Source: Gammaproteobacteria bacterium
GTDB taxonomy: Bacteria > Pseudomonadota > Gammaproteobacteria > Acidiferrobacterales > SZUA-150
NCBI GenBank assembly: GCA_029880545.1
Contig: JAOUOD010000007.1
Span: 134,354-198,353 of the forward strand
Length of the DNA stretch: 64,000 nucleotides
Direction: 5' to 3'
Positions 54,401 through 64,000 of the stretch are shown piece by piece. The position numbers and the translations under genes are program-made. Every line of letters begins with the position of its first letter. Positions within the stretch are counted from its first letter, which is position 1. The notes under the pieces are model-generated. The model saw only the letters and a list, made by a program, of their open reading frames with translations, was not told the DNA's origin and ran no database searches.

Positions 54401-54625
54401 CGACCAATCCTGATGACGACGCTGACCACGGTTGTTGGCATGTTGCCGCTGGCAATTGGTATTGGCGAGGGCGCCGAAATGCTCAGGCCGTTGGCGATTT
54501 CAATAGTAGGCGGTTTGTCATTTTCGGTCCTGGTAACGCTGGTGCTGGTTCCGGTGACCTACCTGTTAACCCATGGGCGTCATGATCAGTCCACACAAGT
54601 TACACGGCTGTCGACGGTAGCTTGA
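51461..54625 (+). CDS. RND efflux transporter permease (AcrB/HAE family)
   Basis: 1054 aa with a 12-TM architecture and two large periplasmic loops. The start overlaps the MFP gene by 8 nt. No outer-membrane factor gene is adjacent. Confidence 0.9.
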   Translation: MRKGGLASWSIHHPVSTVMLTLTAIVLGAFSLGQLSTDLLPKLVYPQIGVRINDPGVSARIMEDRVTRQLEEQLSIVEDAIGVETQTGEGSVWLSLHFEYGKDVDVALRDASTRLDRARRFLPDTIDPPVIFKYDPSQIPVLEFVVSSSLRDTVQLRSWADYDFGRRFINLPGVAAAEIGGGLEREIHVMPDQRRLAGLGLSIEHVINAIREGNRDEPSGRLLMSRQEFGSRTSGRLSSIEAIAALPLRIADGQSIPLSEVAQVVDTHQDERLRVRYNGQPGIKMSIQKQPEANTIDVAQLVKSRMAWMDANGMIPEDIQVHTVTDQSLYVQRALSNAVMAALSGAVLAMIVVYLFLGNIRGTLIIGSAIPISIMLTFVLMSLGGLTFNIMTLGGLALGVGMLIDNTIVMLENIARHKKEKHIDTENVASPRSADLERAREVSTEAASEVNSAIVAATTTNLAAVLPFLFVGGLVGLLFKELIFTISAAIVGSLVVALTLVPSLAARMRNYEGNVLYRKVDSMVARTATVYSGFIRKCLDWPVRILLGSSVLLFVILLFMFNPNKQDFLPSMDDGNIVIDVTLDTGIAFEEMDRRTRELEDLVHKQGDVEGVFTLAGGRIFGRSERYISNSSTLNVQLVPLAQRDISAEDWIKKFQGAVAKAQLAGVRLRPQVRGVRGLRTSSRGEDDVSVRVEGPDLDTLTSIGDQLIKLLDGVAGTRNVRHSAEDRLQEFAINIDRNRAVELDIDVADVARALQVALEGLVISEYLEGDRSYDIRVRLPRAEINSPDSVGNILLFGETGKRPAIYLRDVARAELVPVPSSIKRENQVRIVEVSASLTKDRPLGEVMAEVEKRVSGYTVPAGYSLYFSGSDQTLKQGKSMAYILLGLALFLVFVVMAVQYESLRNPAVILVCAPYSLVGVFFALFITRTDLSMPVWLGIIMLVGIVVNNAIVLVEYIEMSRQKGLATIEAIVMAGRLRLRPILMTTLTTVVGMLPLAIGIGEGAEMLRPLAISIVGGLSFSVLVTLVLVPVTYLLTHGRHDQSTQVTRLSTVA

Positions 54626-54683
54626 GGCTTAACTTGTATCGGACTATTGATTCACCGTGATCCTTCCAGTATAAAACACGTAT

Positions 54684-55232
54684 ATGAAATATTACTTTAG
54701 TCGTATGCGCGGCCATTCACGGCCATCACCGCGTAAACCGCTGACCAAGATCGCCTGGTCCTGGCTTGCCGCTTTTGTCGGTATCTACCTGGTCTCGTAT
54801 ATCAGCCAGGCATTGAGCACCAGTACAACTGACAACATGTTCCTGATCGGGTCTTTTGGCGCATCCGCTGTATTGTTGTACGGCACGCCTCAAGCCGAGT
54901 ACGCGCAGCCGCGTAACCTGATTGGCGGCCACCTGTTATCGGCGCTGATTGGAATAACGATATACAAACTGGTGCCGCAGGACGTCATGCTTGCCAGTGC
55001 ATTGGCGGTATCGCTCGCCATTGTTGTGATGCACTTTACCGTTACCCTGCATCCGCCCGGCGGCGCGACTGCGTTGATTGCAGTCATCGGCAGCGACCAG
55101 GTTCATTCGCTCGGATACTTGTTTGTATTGTTCCCGGTGCTGCTTGGCGCGGCAGTGTTGCTGGTCGTTGCCTTGCTGGTCAATAACCTGTCCGCCAATC
55201 CCAAGCGGCACTACCCGACATTCTGGTGGTAG
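54684..55232 (+). CDS. HPP family membrane protein
   Basis: 182 aa. The eponymous motif is present (TVTLHPPGGATALIAV), along with four or five hydrophobic segments. Confidence 0.85.
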   Translation: MKYYFSRMRGHSRPSPRKPLTKIAWSWLAAFVGIYLVSYISQALSTSTTDNMFLIGSFGASAVLLYGTPQAEYAQPRNLIGGHLLSALIGITIYKLVPQDVMLASALAVSLAIVVMHFTVTLHPPGGATALIAVIGSDQVHSLGYLFVLFPVLLGAAVLLVVALLVNNLSANPKRHYPTFWW

Positions 55233-55579
55233 AGCAGGCTGGAGATATTCCAGTCAGACGACAGTCTGACTATATCCTTTCAATGCCGGGTTCCCGGTTA
55301 CATATCCGATAAAATCGGCCACTGGTCAGCCGCTTTTCCACGTCTTGCACGGTGCGTATATCGCATTCAAATGTTGGATTGCCCGGATCTTCGCGAAAAT
55401 GCGGGGGTATTGCCGGGAAACTGAAGAATGGTGCCAAGTCTAGTGAGAATTTGACTCTTTCTAAATGCTGTCTATCTTTTAAAACTATGGAAATAATCCA
55501 GGTGAAGAGCACCCGCATCCAAAGCGGCAGGAGTCACCGAAAACAATAAGTATGACTGCTCGGTTAAGGGGTTTGAATT

Positions 55580-58354
55580 ATGAGCAAGAAGTTTCGTCAT
55601 TGGCAATTGGTTTCGCTGTTTTCGGTTTTAGTGGCTTCCGCCCTGCCGACCCAGGCTGCCGACTCCTACACCTTGTTCGAATCCGGGCAGGTCAGGCCGT
55701 TGACCATGTCGGAAAATGGCAAACTGTTGTTTGCTGCCAACACACCGGATAGTCGCGTCGAGATCTACCGTATTGCCGGTTCCGGCCTGCGCCATTGCGG
55801 ATCGGTTACCACCGGGCTTGAACCGGTCGCCCTGGCATTGCGAAATGATCGTGAACTGTGGGTGGTCAACCACCTGTCAGACAGCGTCAGTGTTGTCGAA
55901 ATCAATGCAGCCGCCTGCGATAACGGCAAGCATGACAACAACACCCCGGTTGCCAGGGTGGTGCGTACCTTGCTTGTCGGTGATGAGCCGCGAGATATCG
56001 TTTTTGCCGGGCCGGATCGCAGTCGTGCCTTTATTACCACGGCTCATCGCGGACAGAACAACAAGCGTGATCCCCAGTTAACCACACCCGGTGTTGGTCG
56101 TGCCGATGTCTGGGTGTTTGATGCCAACGGTGGTGATGACGAATTGACCGTGATTACCCTGTTTACCGACACGCCGCGCGCGCTGGCGGTATCGGCAGAC
56201 GGCAAGAAAGTCTACGCGGCCGGTTTCTATACCGGTAACCAGACCACAACCGTACCGATGTCAGTTGTGGCCTATAATGGCGGGCTGCCGGCACCACTTA
56301 CCAATTTTACCGGCGAATTGCAGCCACCAACCGGGCTGATTGTGCAATACACCGGTGATCAATGGCTCGACGAAATGGGCCGCAGCTGGAATGACTTTGT
56401 AAAATTCACGCTGCCTGATCGCGACGTGTTCGAGATTGATGCCATGGCCAACCCGCCGGCACCGGTTGCGGGTGGGTCCTGGTCCGGTGTTGGTACGGTA
56501 TTGTTCAACATGGCCGTGAATCCGCAGAACGGCGCGATTTATGTCAGCAATACACAGGCCAATAACCATATTCGATTTGAAGGCCCGGGCATCTTTGCCA
56601 ACAGCACTAACCGTGGCCAGATTGCCAAGAGCCATATTACCGTGCTGAAAGGTAACGACGTCATACCGCGCCATATCAACAAGCATATCAATTACGATCA
56701 GTGCTGCGACATGATTCCCAACGAGGAAAACAATCGCAGCCTGGCATTCCCGGTTGATATGACCGTCAGTTCCGATGGTCGCACCTTGTATGTGGCTGCC
56801 TACGGTTCCGCCAAGGTGGGTATTTTTGATACCCGCGCACTGGAGAACGACAGTTTTGTTCCTGATGATGGCAATCATGTTGAACTGAGTGGCGGCGGTC
56901 CGGCCGGCGTGGTGCTGGATGAACAGCGCAATCGCCTGTACGTGCTGACCCGGTTCAATAACTCGGTATCCGTGGTCGATCTCAAGAAGCGTCGCGAACT
57001 GACCAGTGTCGCCATGTATAACCCGGAACCTGAACATATCGTCAAGGGTCGCCGATTCCTCTACGATGCACGCTTTACCTCGAGTCACGGTGATTCCGCC
57101 TGCGCCAGCTGCCACATCTTTGGCGACATGGATTCGCTGGCCTGGGACCTGGGTAATCCGGATGCCACGACGATGCTGAACCCTAGCCCGTTGGTCGTTC
57201 ATCCTGATGATGTCGGCATGAACCACATCTCGATTCATTTCCGTCCCATGAAAGGACCCATGACCACGCAGAGTTTTCGCGGCATGGCCAATCACGGCTC
57301 CATGCACTGGCGTGGTGACCGCAATGGCGGATTCCTGGAACCTAACCAGCAGCCCGACAGTGGTGTCTACAATGAAGCTGAAGCGTTCCGTCAGTTCAAC
57401 CCGGCGTTCTTCGGCCTGGTAGGACGGTTCGCGCCATTGTCACCGGAAGATATGCAGGCGTTCACTGATTTTGCGCTCGAGATCATGTATCCGCCCAACC
57501 CGATCCGCAACCTGGATAACAGCCTGACTGCTGATCAGCAGGCTGGTCATGATTTCTTCTTTGGTGGCCTGTCCGATCCGTTTGCGGCCTGTAATGGCTG
57601 TCACGTGGTTGACCCGGATGGCAATGCCGAGTTTGGTGTCGACAAGCCTGGCTTCTATGGCGCCGATGGTCGCGCGACATTCGAACTGGGTCCGCAGATC
57701 ATGAAAGTGCCGCACTTGCGCAACCTGTACCAGAAGGTGGGCATGTTTGGCATGGCGCGGTCACCGGACGGATTTATCCTGTCAGAGTCAGAAGATCCAG
57801 CTGTGCCCAATGCCCACACGGGTGAGCAGGTTCGTGGATTCGGTTTCTTCCATGATGGCAGTATCGACACGGTATTCCGGTTCCTGCGCACCATCGCGTT
57901 CCAGCATTCTGACGGTGGCCCGTTCCCGAACCCGGGTGGTTTTGACATAGGTCCGGCGGGTGATGACCAGCGGCGCCAGGTCGAGCAGTTTGTGATGGCG
58001 TTCCCGAGCAACCTGGCCCCGGTCGTCGGTCAGCAGGTGACTATAGCAGGCGGCAATGTTGCGGGGCTGTCGCGCCTGCAATTGCTGACGGCGCGTGCCG
58101 ATGTCGGCGAGTGCGATCTTATTGCCAAGCGTCAGCGTGGCAACCGTGAGCAAGGCTATCTCTATACCGGCAATGCCAGTTTCCGTACTGATCGCAGTAA
58201 CGAGGACAGTGTGCACCTGGTTCGCCTGGTCATGTCTGCCGGAAAAAACAACCCGGTTACCTTTACCTGCACGCCTCCTGGATCCGGTGTTCGCATGGGT
58301 ATAGACCGAAATGAGGACGGTGTACTGGATGGTGACCGTCGCCATCGACATTAA
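55580..58354 (+). CDS. secreted beta-propeller (YVTN/lactonase-like) fused to a CCP/MauG-like di-haem domain
   Basis: 924 aa with signal peptide ...ALPTQA. Repeated blade motifs include RVEIYRI, SVSVVEI, KVGIFDT and SVSVVDL. The CCP-like blocks are FLYDARFTSSHGDSACASCH, FAACNGCH, KVPHLRNL and FGFFHDGS. Confidence 0.8.
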   Translation: MSKKFRHWQLVSLFSVLVASALPTQAADSYTLFESGQVRPLTMSENGKLLFAANTPDSRVEIYRIAGSGLRHCGSVTTGLEPVALALRNDRELWVVNHLSDSVSVVEINAAACDNGKHDNNTPVARVVRTLLVGDEPRDIVFAGPDRSRAFITTAHRGQNNKRDPQLTTPGVGRADVWVFDANGGDDELTVITLFTDTPRALAVSADGKKVYAAGFYTGNQTTTVPMSVVAYNGGLPAPLTNFTGELQPPTGLIVQYTGDQWLDEMGRSWNDFVKFTLPDRDVFEIDAMANPPAPVAGGSWSGVGTVLFNMAVNPQNGAIYVSNTQANNHIRFEGPGIFANSTNRGQIAKSHITVLKGNDVIPRHINKHINYDQCCDMIPNEENNRSLAFPVDMTVSSDGRTLYVAAYGSAKVGIFDTRALENDSFVPDDGNHVELSGGGPAGVVLDEQRNRLYVLTRFNNSVSVVDLKKRRELTSVAMYNPEPEHIVKGRRFLYDARFTSSHGDSACASCHIFGDMDSLAWDLGNPDATTMLNPSPLVVHPDDVGMNHISIHFRPMKGPMTTQSFRGMANHGSMHWRGDRNGGFLEPNQQPDSGVYNEAEAFRQFNPAFFGLVGRFAPLSPEDMQAFTDFALEIMYPPNPIRNLDNSLTADQQAGHDFFFGGLSDPFAACNGCHVVDPDGNAEFGVDKPGFYGADGRATFELGPQIMKVPHLRNLYQKVGMFGMARSPDGFILSESEDPAVPNAHTGEQVRGFGFFHDGSIDTVFRFLRTIAFQHSDGGPFPNPGGFDIGPAGDDQRRQVEQFVMAFPSNLAPVVGQQVTIAGGNVAGLSRLQLLTARADVGECDLIAKRQRGNREQGYLYTGNASFRTDRSNEDSVHLVRLVMSAGKNNPVTFTCTPPGSGVRMGIDRNEDGVLDGDRRHRH

Positions 58355-58375
58355 CTCGCCAGATCGTTGTAGTTG

Positions 58376-58406
58376 AAAAAGGCCGGTAATACCGGCCTTT
58401 TTCTTT
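58376..58406 (+). terminator. rho-independent terminator
   Basis: AAAAAGGCCGGT-AAT-ACCGGCCTTTTTCTTT lies directly after the 924-aa gene. Confidence 0.85.
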
Positions 58407-58600
58407 GGTCGGCCCGGAATGTGAACGCCTCTCAATCGGAATACGGGATTTTTGGTTTATGTATTGAGCCGGGTCATGGCATTGACGGAAATTGTTGTTT
58501 TAACTGGGTGTTGACGAAATCTTTATGAAACCTTTATGAAAATTTAACCTGTTGGCGACCGGAAACAGATACGGTGCATGTAGACGAGGGAGGGGGTGTC

Positions 58601-58954
58601 ATGAGAATACTCGCAGGATTGTTCTTGTTGCTGGCCGGGATTGCTGTTGCCGATGACCGGGTACAGGTGCACCCGGTAATCGATACCGAGCGCCTGGTAG
58701 ACATCTATTGGCTTGCAGTGGACAAGGGTGAATTGAGGATCGGAGACAAGGCGTTGTCTCGAGTCATGATCAGGCCGGTGCAGGTCAATTACGCCTATCC
58801 GCTGGATGGTACGACGGCAACTGTTACCGTGAGATCGGTGATGCAAGTCCGGATGCTGTGCCCGATTACACGGGAATATTTCGTCGAGTCAGTGACGGCG
58901 CAGCTGAACGCAGACGGCAACATTGTCGATACCTGGTACGAAGTCAAACCCTGA
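58601..58954 (+). CDS. hypothetical secreted protein
   Basis: The ATG at 58601 follows GGGAGGGGG. The signal peptide is MRILAGLFLLLAGIAVA. 117 aa. Confidence 0.6.
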   Translation: MRILAGLFLLLAGIAVADDRVQVHPVIDTERLVDIYWLAVDKGELRIGDKALSRVMIRPVQVNYAYPLDGTTATVTVRSVMQVRMLCPITREYFVESVTAQLNADGNIVDTWYEVKP

Positions 58955-59073
58955 GCGAATCTGTATCACCGGCAGTAAATCCCGGATCACATGTTCGGGC
59001 CGGGGCTGTTTTTTCGGTGCAGACTATTTATACTCCCCTTGTCTGAATACATCATTCGAAATGGAGGAGCGCT

Positions 59074-59601
59074 GTGAACAGGACAGTGTCGCGATTATCA
59101 GTTGTGTTGCTGGCGGTATTTCTGACCAGCTGCAGTGGTGGCATGGCATTGCGGGTCAAGTCCGGCAGCAGCATGCTGTATGGTTATGTTGACGGGGGTG
59201 AGCTTGGCCCGACGTTGAGCGCCAAGTTCCGCGTTGGTTCACCCACGGGAAGTACCATGCGCGGCCGTGGTACCGGCAAGGCCTTTTATATTCTTAACGC
59301 CATGCCCGATGACTACTATGTAGAAAGCATCAACCTCGGTGTACGCAGTGTCGATATCGACCGGATGAGAACGTCTGCCCAGGATCCAGGCAGACCCTGG
59401 GGCGTACGCATTCATCGTGCCGGGTTCCATTATATTGGTGCCATCGAAATGGTTGAAACCGGCGGCAAGCTTATCGCGCGACCCATCAAGGGGCCGGGGC
59501 GTTATGCGGTATTGGCCGAGATATACGACAAGCTGGAAAAAACTCCCTGGGGCGAGGAGATCGGCAAGGAGCTGGAGCGCCTGGAGAAATCCGGGTACTG
59601 A
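59074..59601 (+). CDS. hypothetical lipoprotein
   Basis: The GTG start follows GGAGGA. The lipobox is VFLTS-C. 175 aa. Confidence 0.6.
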   Translation: MNRTVSRLSVVLLAVFLTSCSGGMALRVKSGSSMLYGYVDGGELGPTLSAKFRVGSPTGSTMRGRGTGKAFYILNAMPDDYYVESINLGVRSVDIDRMRTSAQDPGRPWGVRIHRAGFHYIGAIEMVETGGKLIARPIKGPGRYAVLAEIYDKLEKTPWGEEIGKELERLEKSGY

Positions 59602-59643
59602 TTGAGCGCGGCACATGCGGCCACGCAGTATAATGCCAAAAAC

Positions 59644-59674
59644 AAAAAGCCCCGGTCGATGCCGGGGCTTTTTG
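59644..59674. terminator. bidirectional rho-independent terminator between convergent genes
   Basis: AAAAAGCCCCGG-TCGATG-CCGGGGCTTTTTG has an A-run on one side and a T-run on the other. Confidence 0.85.
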
Positions 59675-59693
59675 TTGACAAGGCTGGAAATGG

Positions 59694-60212
59694 CTAGCGC
59701 ATCTTGTGACGGAAGAAGTTCTTCATCGCCGGCATTTCGCCGGTTGCGGCTCCTGCTTCCATGGCGAATTTCTCGCCAAATCTCTGTACCAATCCCACCA
59801 GTCGGCGAGTCGGCGGCTTGGTCTTGCCGCTGCCACCACGACTGATCTGAATGCCAAAGCGACCTAACTGCTTGCTCTTGTCCTTTATTACAACCTGGCC
59901 ATCGAGCACATCCTTGCCGCTGAAGCCCCAATATCCGGCGGCACCACCACGCAGGCGGAAGCTGGTAATTTCCACCTCGGCACGGGAAATCCCGGAATAG
60001 GTTTGCAACTGGCCTTCCAGTTCCTTTTTCAGACGATCCATCACCTCGTAGCGCTTGATGACATCAACCTTTTTTTCGTCAGCGCGAATTTCTTTCGACA
60101 GTGTGATTTTGAGTTTCTTGGTGGAAACGGACAAGTCATTCTTTCCGGCCTGCACATTCAGCGACAGCGCCAGCAACAGCGTTGCCAGCAGCGCACCCCA
60201 TACATTCTTCAT
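59694..60212 (-). CDS. hypothetical secreted protein
   Basis: The start at 60212 is preceded by AGGAGG. The signal peptide is MKNVWGALLATLLLALSLNVQA. 172 aa. Confidence 0.6.
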   Translation of the reverse strand: MKNVWGALLATLLLALSLNVQAGKNDLSVSTKKLKITLSKEIRADEKKVDVIKRYEVMDRLKKELEGQLQTYSGISRAEVEITSFRLRGGAAGYWGFSGKDVLDGQVVIKDKSKQLGRFGIQISRGGSGKTKPPTRRLVGLVQRFGEKFAMEAGAATGEMPAMKNFFRHKMR

Positions 60213-60409
60213 ATTATCCTCCTGCATCCATCTATAGATTTGCTAGCCCCGGAAATACAGGCTAATTAACATTTATTATGGATGTTGGTTCCGGCCCAGT
60301 CCAGAGCAAAACCCTGTGGCTTCGTCATTATGTGGCCTGGGTCACAGATAGCCTGGCTACTGGTACTTTGGTATGAGCCGGGCCCGGAAATTGCAGTGCT
60401 TAAATGAGA

Positions 60410-63400
60410 TTAGAGCAGTATGCGCTCGATACCGCCGGCCTTGAGCCTGTCGACAAATTTCTGCTGCCAGTGTTCACCGAGCAGCTTGCGTGCCAGCTCA
60501 ACAACGATGTAATCAGTATCAATACCGGTATCGTCGGCATAACGTGACAGCCCCTGCTGGCAGGCCGGGCACGAGGTCAGCATTTTCACATTGCCGTTTT
60601 TGACGTTCTTGTGGCCGGTGAGTTGCTTGATACCCTTGTGCAATTCTTCACGTTTGCGATACCGCAACTGGTTGGCAATATCCGGGCGTGACAGCGAGAA
60701 CGTGCCGGCCTCGGCGCAACAGCGCTCGGACAGCAGCACCGGCTGGCCCATCAGCGTCGTCGCAACCTGGGTCGGGTTGTATCGCTTCATCGGTGTATGG
60801 CAGGGATCGTGATACAGGTACTGCACACCCGCTTCAGGCTTCAGGCTGATTCCCTGTTCCATCAGGTATTCATGGATATCGAGCAGACGGCAGCCGGGGA
60901 AGATCTGCTCAAACTGGTACTTCTGCAACTGGTCCATGCAGGTACCGCAGGAAACAATCACCGTCTTGATATCAAGATAGTTGAGCGTATTGGCAACGCG
61001 ATGAAACAGAACCTGGTTGTTCACCGATATCTGCTTGCCACGGGCGGCGTCACCACCGGCTGTTTGCGGGTAGCCGCAGCACAGGTAGCCCGGCGGCAAC
61101 ACGGTTTGTGTACCGGATTCATAAAGCATGGCCAGCGTTGCCAGGCCGACCTGGCTGAACAGGCGTTCCGAGCCGCAACCAGGGAAATAAAACACCGCAT
61201 CGGTATCATCGGTCACCTTGGTCGCATCGCGCAGGATCGGCACAACCTTGTTGTCTTCGAGCCCAAGCGTTGCGCGCATTGTTGTCGATGGCAGCGCCGA
61301 TGGCATCGGTTTCCTGACCAGGTTGACGATCTGCGTTGTTGTTTGCGGTTTGCCGGCAGTAGCCGCCGGTTGCATGCGCTTGCCTGACAGCCCGGCCATC
61401 CTCGCCAGTCGATAGGCCAGGCGCTGCGCACGATAACCCCACTGGATCATCAGCGTGTACATTATCCGTATGGTTGTCGGGTCGGTAATATTGAGATAGG
61501 CCATGGACAGCCGTGTCATCAGCGTCGTGCGCTTCTTGCCCTGTGCCCGCAAAATGGAACGCATACGAATGGAGACATCGCCGAAATCAATATTCACCGG
61601 GCACGGGCTCAGGCACTTGTGGCAGACGGTGCAGTGGTCGGCAACATCGTTCATTTCATCAAAGTGACGAATGGAAATACCGCGCCGGGTCTGTTCCTCG
61701 TACAGGAACGCCTCAACAATCAGGCCGCTGGCGAGTATCTTGTTGCGTGGTGAATACAGAAGATTGGCCCGCGGAATATGGGTGTTGCAGACACTCTTGC
61801 ACTTGCCGCAACGCAGGCAGTCTTTCACCTGGTCATTAAGATCGCCCAGTTCGCTGGCTTCGAGTATCAACGCTTCCTGCTGTACCAGTCGCAACGATGG
61901 CGTATAGGCATTGTGCAGGCCGGAACCGGCAATGAGCTTGCCGGGATTGAATATATTGTCCGGGTCAGTCTGCTGCTTGTACTTGCTGAAACTTTCCACC
62001 ACTTCCGGTTCCAGGAACTGCATCTTGGTAATGCCGATGCCGTGTTCACCGGAGATGACACCGCCCAGCGCACGCGCCAGCGCCATGATACGTTCGACCA
62101 CCTTGTCGGCCTGGTGCAGCATGGCATAGTCATTGGAGTTGACCGGTATATTGGTATGCACGTTGCCGTCACCGGCATGCATGTGCGTGGCAATAAACAG
62201 CCGGCTGGATCGTATGCCGGCATGAATCGCGTCGAGCTTGTTGCGCACGCCTTCAAACTCGTGGCCGATAAAGATTTCCTTTAATGGCCGTTCAATGCTG
62301 CCGCGGTAGGAGACACGCAGCAGTCGTCGTTGCAGCAACGAGAACAGCGTTTCACCCGGTTGCAGCAACTCCGGCGCGATATTGCCCAGCAGCTCAGGAT
62401 GGTTGTCGGCAGCATCATCGATATTGTCGATCAGCGTGGTCCAGTGTTGCTGGATGGTGCGCAACTGCTGTCGCGCCAGGTCTACCTTGGCCGCGAGTAT
62501 GGATGTGCTTTCTTCGCTGGTGGTCAGCTCCCGTGACTGCCCGGCCACCAGCGGAAACAGTTCCGGCAAGTCGGTATCAAGGTATTGCAACACCGCCTCG
62601 ATCATCCTGAGCTTGTTGTCTGTCGACAGCTCAATATTGAAGCGCTCGATACCGTCGTTGTAGTCCGCCAGACGATCCAGCGGAATCACCACGTCTTCAT
62701 TGATCTTGAAGGCATTGGTATGGGCGGCAATGGCCGCCGTGCGGGCGCGGTCGAGCCAGAACTGGCGTCGTGCTTCCGGGCTGACAGCAACAAAACCTTC
62801 GGCATCGCGGGCATTGGCCATGCGCACCACGGTTGACGCCGCTTCGGCGACGACAGCGTCATCATCGCCGGCGATGTCCACCAGCAGCACCATCTTCGGT
62901 CGTTCCGGCCGCGTGGCCTTGGTGGAGTACCTGACTGCGCGCACGTAGCGTTCGTCCAGGTGTTCCATACCGGCGAGATGAACGCCATCAAGACCATCAA
63001 GATAGTCCTTGGTCTCGACTATGGCCGGTACTGCCCGGCGCAGGTCAGCGCCGAAGAACTCCAGGCACACGGTGCGAATGTGTTTCGGCATGCGATGCAG
63101 GATAAATACCGCTGATGTCACCAGGCCATCGCAGCCTTCCTTCTGGATGCCGGGCAGGCCGCCGAGGAACTTGTTGGTGACATCCTTGCCCAGGCCAAGC
63201 TTGCGCAACTGGTTGCCCGGGATGGCGAGGATCTCCGGTTCGCCAATCAGGGTGGTGCCATCAGCCTCGTAGCGACTGACGCGGAATTCCGCCTGCTTTT
63301 GTTCGTGAATCTTGCCGAGGTTGTGGTTCAGCCGTTCCACTTCCAGCCACTGGGCTTGCGGCGTCACCATGCGCCAGGACACCAGGTTGTCCAGGGTCGT

Positions 63401-64000
63401 GCCCCACAGCACCGCCTTCTTGCCACCGGCATTCATGGCGATATTGCCGCCTATGCACGACGCATCCTGGGAGGTGGGGTCGACCGCGAAGACATAACCG
63501 GCCGCTTCGGCGCGCTCGGCCACGCGCACGGTGACGACGCCGGCGCCGGTAGTCACGGTCGGGACTGGCTGGGCGACGCCGGGCAGGGTGCGCAGTTCCA
63601 CCTGTCCGAGCTGGTCCAGCTTTTCGGTATTAATGACCACGGTGTCCGGTCGCAGTGGCACGGCACCGCCGGTATACCCGGTGCCACCTCCGCGGGGAAT
63701 AATGCTCAGGCCCAGCCTGGCTGCTGTTGCCACCATGGCCCGGACCTCGGCCTCGGAATCCGGGTGCAGCACCGCCAGCGGCAACTCCACGCGCCAGTCC
63801 GAGGCGTCGGTGACGTGGGAAACCCGCGCCAGGCCGCTGAAATCTATATTGTCGCGCCGGGTCTGCCCGGCCAGCTGTTTGCGCAATTGCTGGCGCAGCT
63901 GCAACTGCCGCGGAAACCAGGCCTCGAAATCGGATACAGCCTTGCGCGCCGCCGCAGCCAGTTCCTGGGCCTGGGCATTGTCCGTGGCCCGGGCGTCGAT
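60410..64000 (-). CDS. FAD-linked oxidase fused to Fe-S/CCG domains (GlcD-GlpC fusion, YdiJ-like), 5' end outside window
   Basis: The frame is open to nt 64000. It has an FAD-binding PCMH-type region ([16 protein letters not shown]), two 4Fe-4S motifs ([11 protein letters not shown] and [11 protein letters not shown]) and C-terminal cysteine-rich CCG-like repeats. Confidence 0.85.
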   Translation of the reverse strand: MDARATDNAQAQELAAAARKAVSDFEAWFPRQLQLRQQLRKQLAGQTRRDNIDFSGLARVSHVTDASDWRVELPLAVLHPDSEAEVRAMVATAARLGLSIIPRGGGTGYTGGAVPLRPDTVVINTEKLDQLGQVELRTLPGVAQPVPTVTTGAGVVTVRVAERAEAAGYVFAVDPTSQDASCIGGNIAMNAGGKKAVLWGTTLDNLVSWRMVTPQAQWLEVERLNHNLGKIHEQKQAEFRVSRYEADGTTLIGEPEILAIPGNQLRKLGLGKDVTNKFLGGLPGIQKEGCDGLVTSAVFILHRMPKHIRTVCLEFFGADLRRAVPAIVETKDYLDGLDGVHLAGMEHLDERYVRAVRYSTKATRPERPKMVLLVDIAGDDDAVVAEAASTVVRMANARDAEGFVAVSPEARRQFWLDRARTAAIAAHTNAFKINEDVVIPLDRLADYNDGIERFNIELSTDNKLRMIEAVLQYLDTDLPELFPLVAGQSRELTTSEESTSILAAKVDLARQQLRTIQQHWTTLIDNIDDAADNHPELLGNIAPELLQPGETLFSLLQRRLLRVSYRGSIERPLKEIFIGHEFEGVRNKLDAIHAGIRSSRLFIATHMHAGDGNVHTNIPVNSNDYAMLHQADKVVERIMALARALGGVISGEHGIGITKMQFLEPEVVESFSKYKQQTDPDNIFNPGKLIAGSGLHNAYTPSLRLVQQEALILEASELGDLNDQVKDCLRCGKCKSVCNTHIPRANLLYSPRNKILASGLIVEAFLYEEQTRRGISIRHFDEMNDVADHCTVCHKCLSPCPVNIDFGDVSIRMRSILRAQGKKRTTLMTRLSMAYLNITDPTTIRIMYTLMIQWGYRAQRLAYRLARMAGLSGKRMQPAATAGKPQTTTQIVNLVRKPMPSALPSTTMRATLGLEDNKVVPILRDATKVTDDTDAVFYFPGCGSERLFSQVGLATLAMLYESGTQTVLPPGYLCCGYPQTAGGDAARGKQISVNNQVLFHRVANTLNYLDIKTVIVSCGTCMDQLQKYQFEQIFPGCRLLDIHEYLMEQGISLKPEAGVQYLYHDPCHTPMKRYNPTQVATTLMGQPVLLSERCCAEAGTFSLSRPDIANQLRYRKREELHKGIKQLTGHKNVKNGNVKMLTSCPACQQGLSRYADDTGIDTDYIVVELARKLLGEHWQQKFVDRLKAGGIERILL

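Noticed and set aside
55270-55518. An 82-aa minus-strand ORF in the AT-rich gap before the 924-aa gene.
   Set aside because: It has no RBS, no recognisable motif and an unusual composition. It could be a gene remnant, but I cannot support it.
56261-57307. A 348-aa minus-strand ORF.
   Set aside because: It lies entirely antisense within the 924-aa propeller/CCP gene, which has strong motif support.
1-64000. A window-wide look for CRISPR arrays, tRNA or rRNA genes, transposases, integrases, phage genes and known defence-system signatures (nuclease/helicase/ATPase clusters, reverse transcriptases).
   Set aside because: None were seen. The only repeat family is the 277-bp TIR element, and the only multi-copy short repeats are the 11-bp operator-like units and the coding microsatellite.

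Overview
The window is 64 kb of chromosomal-looking DNA, probably from a gammaproteobacterium. That placement is an inference from close matches to E. coli-type RppH and YaiI, a type IV pilin, a Csu-like pilus and BtuCD-like genes. I support about 70 protein-coding genes, two decayed genes, one intergenic repeat family, a few terminators and two candidate operator sites. I saw no rRNA, tRNA, CRISPR array, transposase, integrase or phage genes. Most content is accessory or envelope-related, in these groups.

- **Small enzymes:** six GNAT acetyltransferases, two SAM methyltransferases and three alpha/beta hydrolases.
- **Pilus:** a four-gene SCPU/Csu-type chaperone-usher cluster with a BTAD regulator at 15.8-21.4 kb.
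- **Haem peroxidases:** two CCP-family di-haem proteins, one fused to a beta-propeller.
- **TonB-dependent receptor operon** at 31.4-35.2 kb.
- **Transport:** an RND efflux pair and a BtuCD-like importer.

**Signals most worth follow-up**
1. A tightly coupled three-gene redox module at 12.9-15.75 kb. It encodes a membrane-anchored FNR/2Fe-2S reductase, a His-rich 4-TM protein and a 12-haem cytochrome c. It looks like a split NOX/MsrQ-style transmembrane electron conduit that I cannot match to a characterised system.
2. A CarH-type B12 photoreceptor regulator at 39.2-40.1 kb. Its operon promoter carries phased 11-bp direct repeats that fit the CarH operator architecture. An uncharacterised ligase/deacylase pair lies directly downstream.
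3. A 924-aa secreted beta-propeller/di-haem peroxidase fusion at 55.6-58.35 kb.
4. A 277-bp MITE-like element with 10-bp terminal inverted repeats, present as two full copies and one solo end.

All calls rest on reading the sequence and the ORF track and on remembered family motifs. No database search was run.
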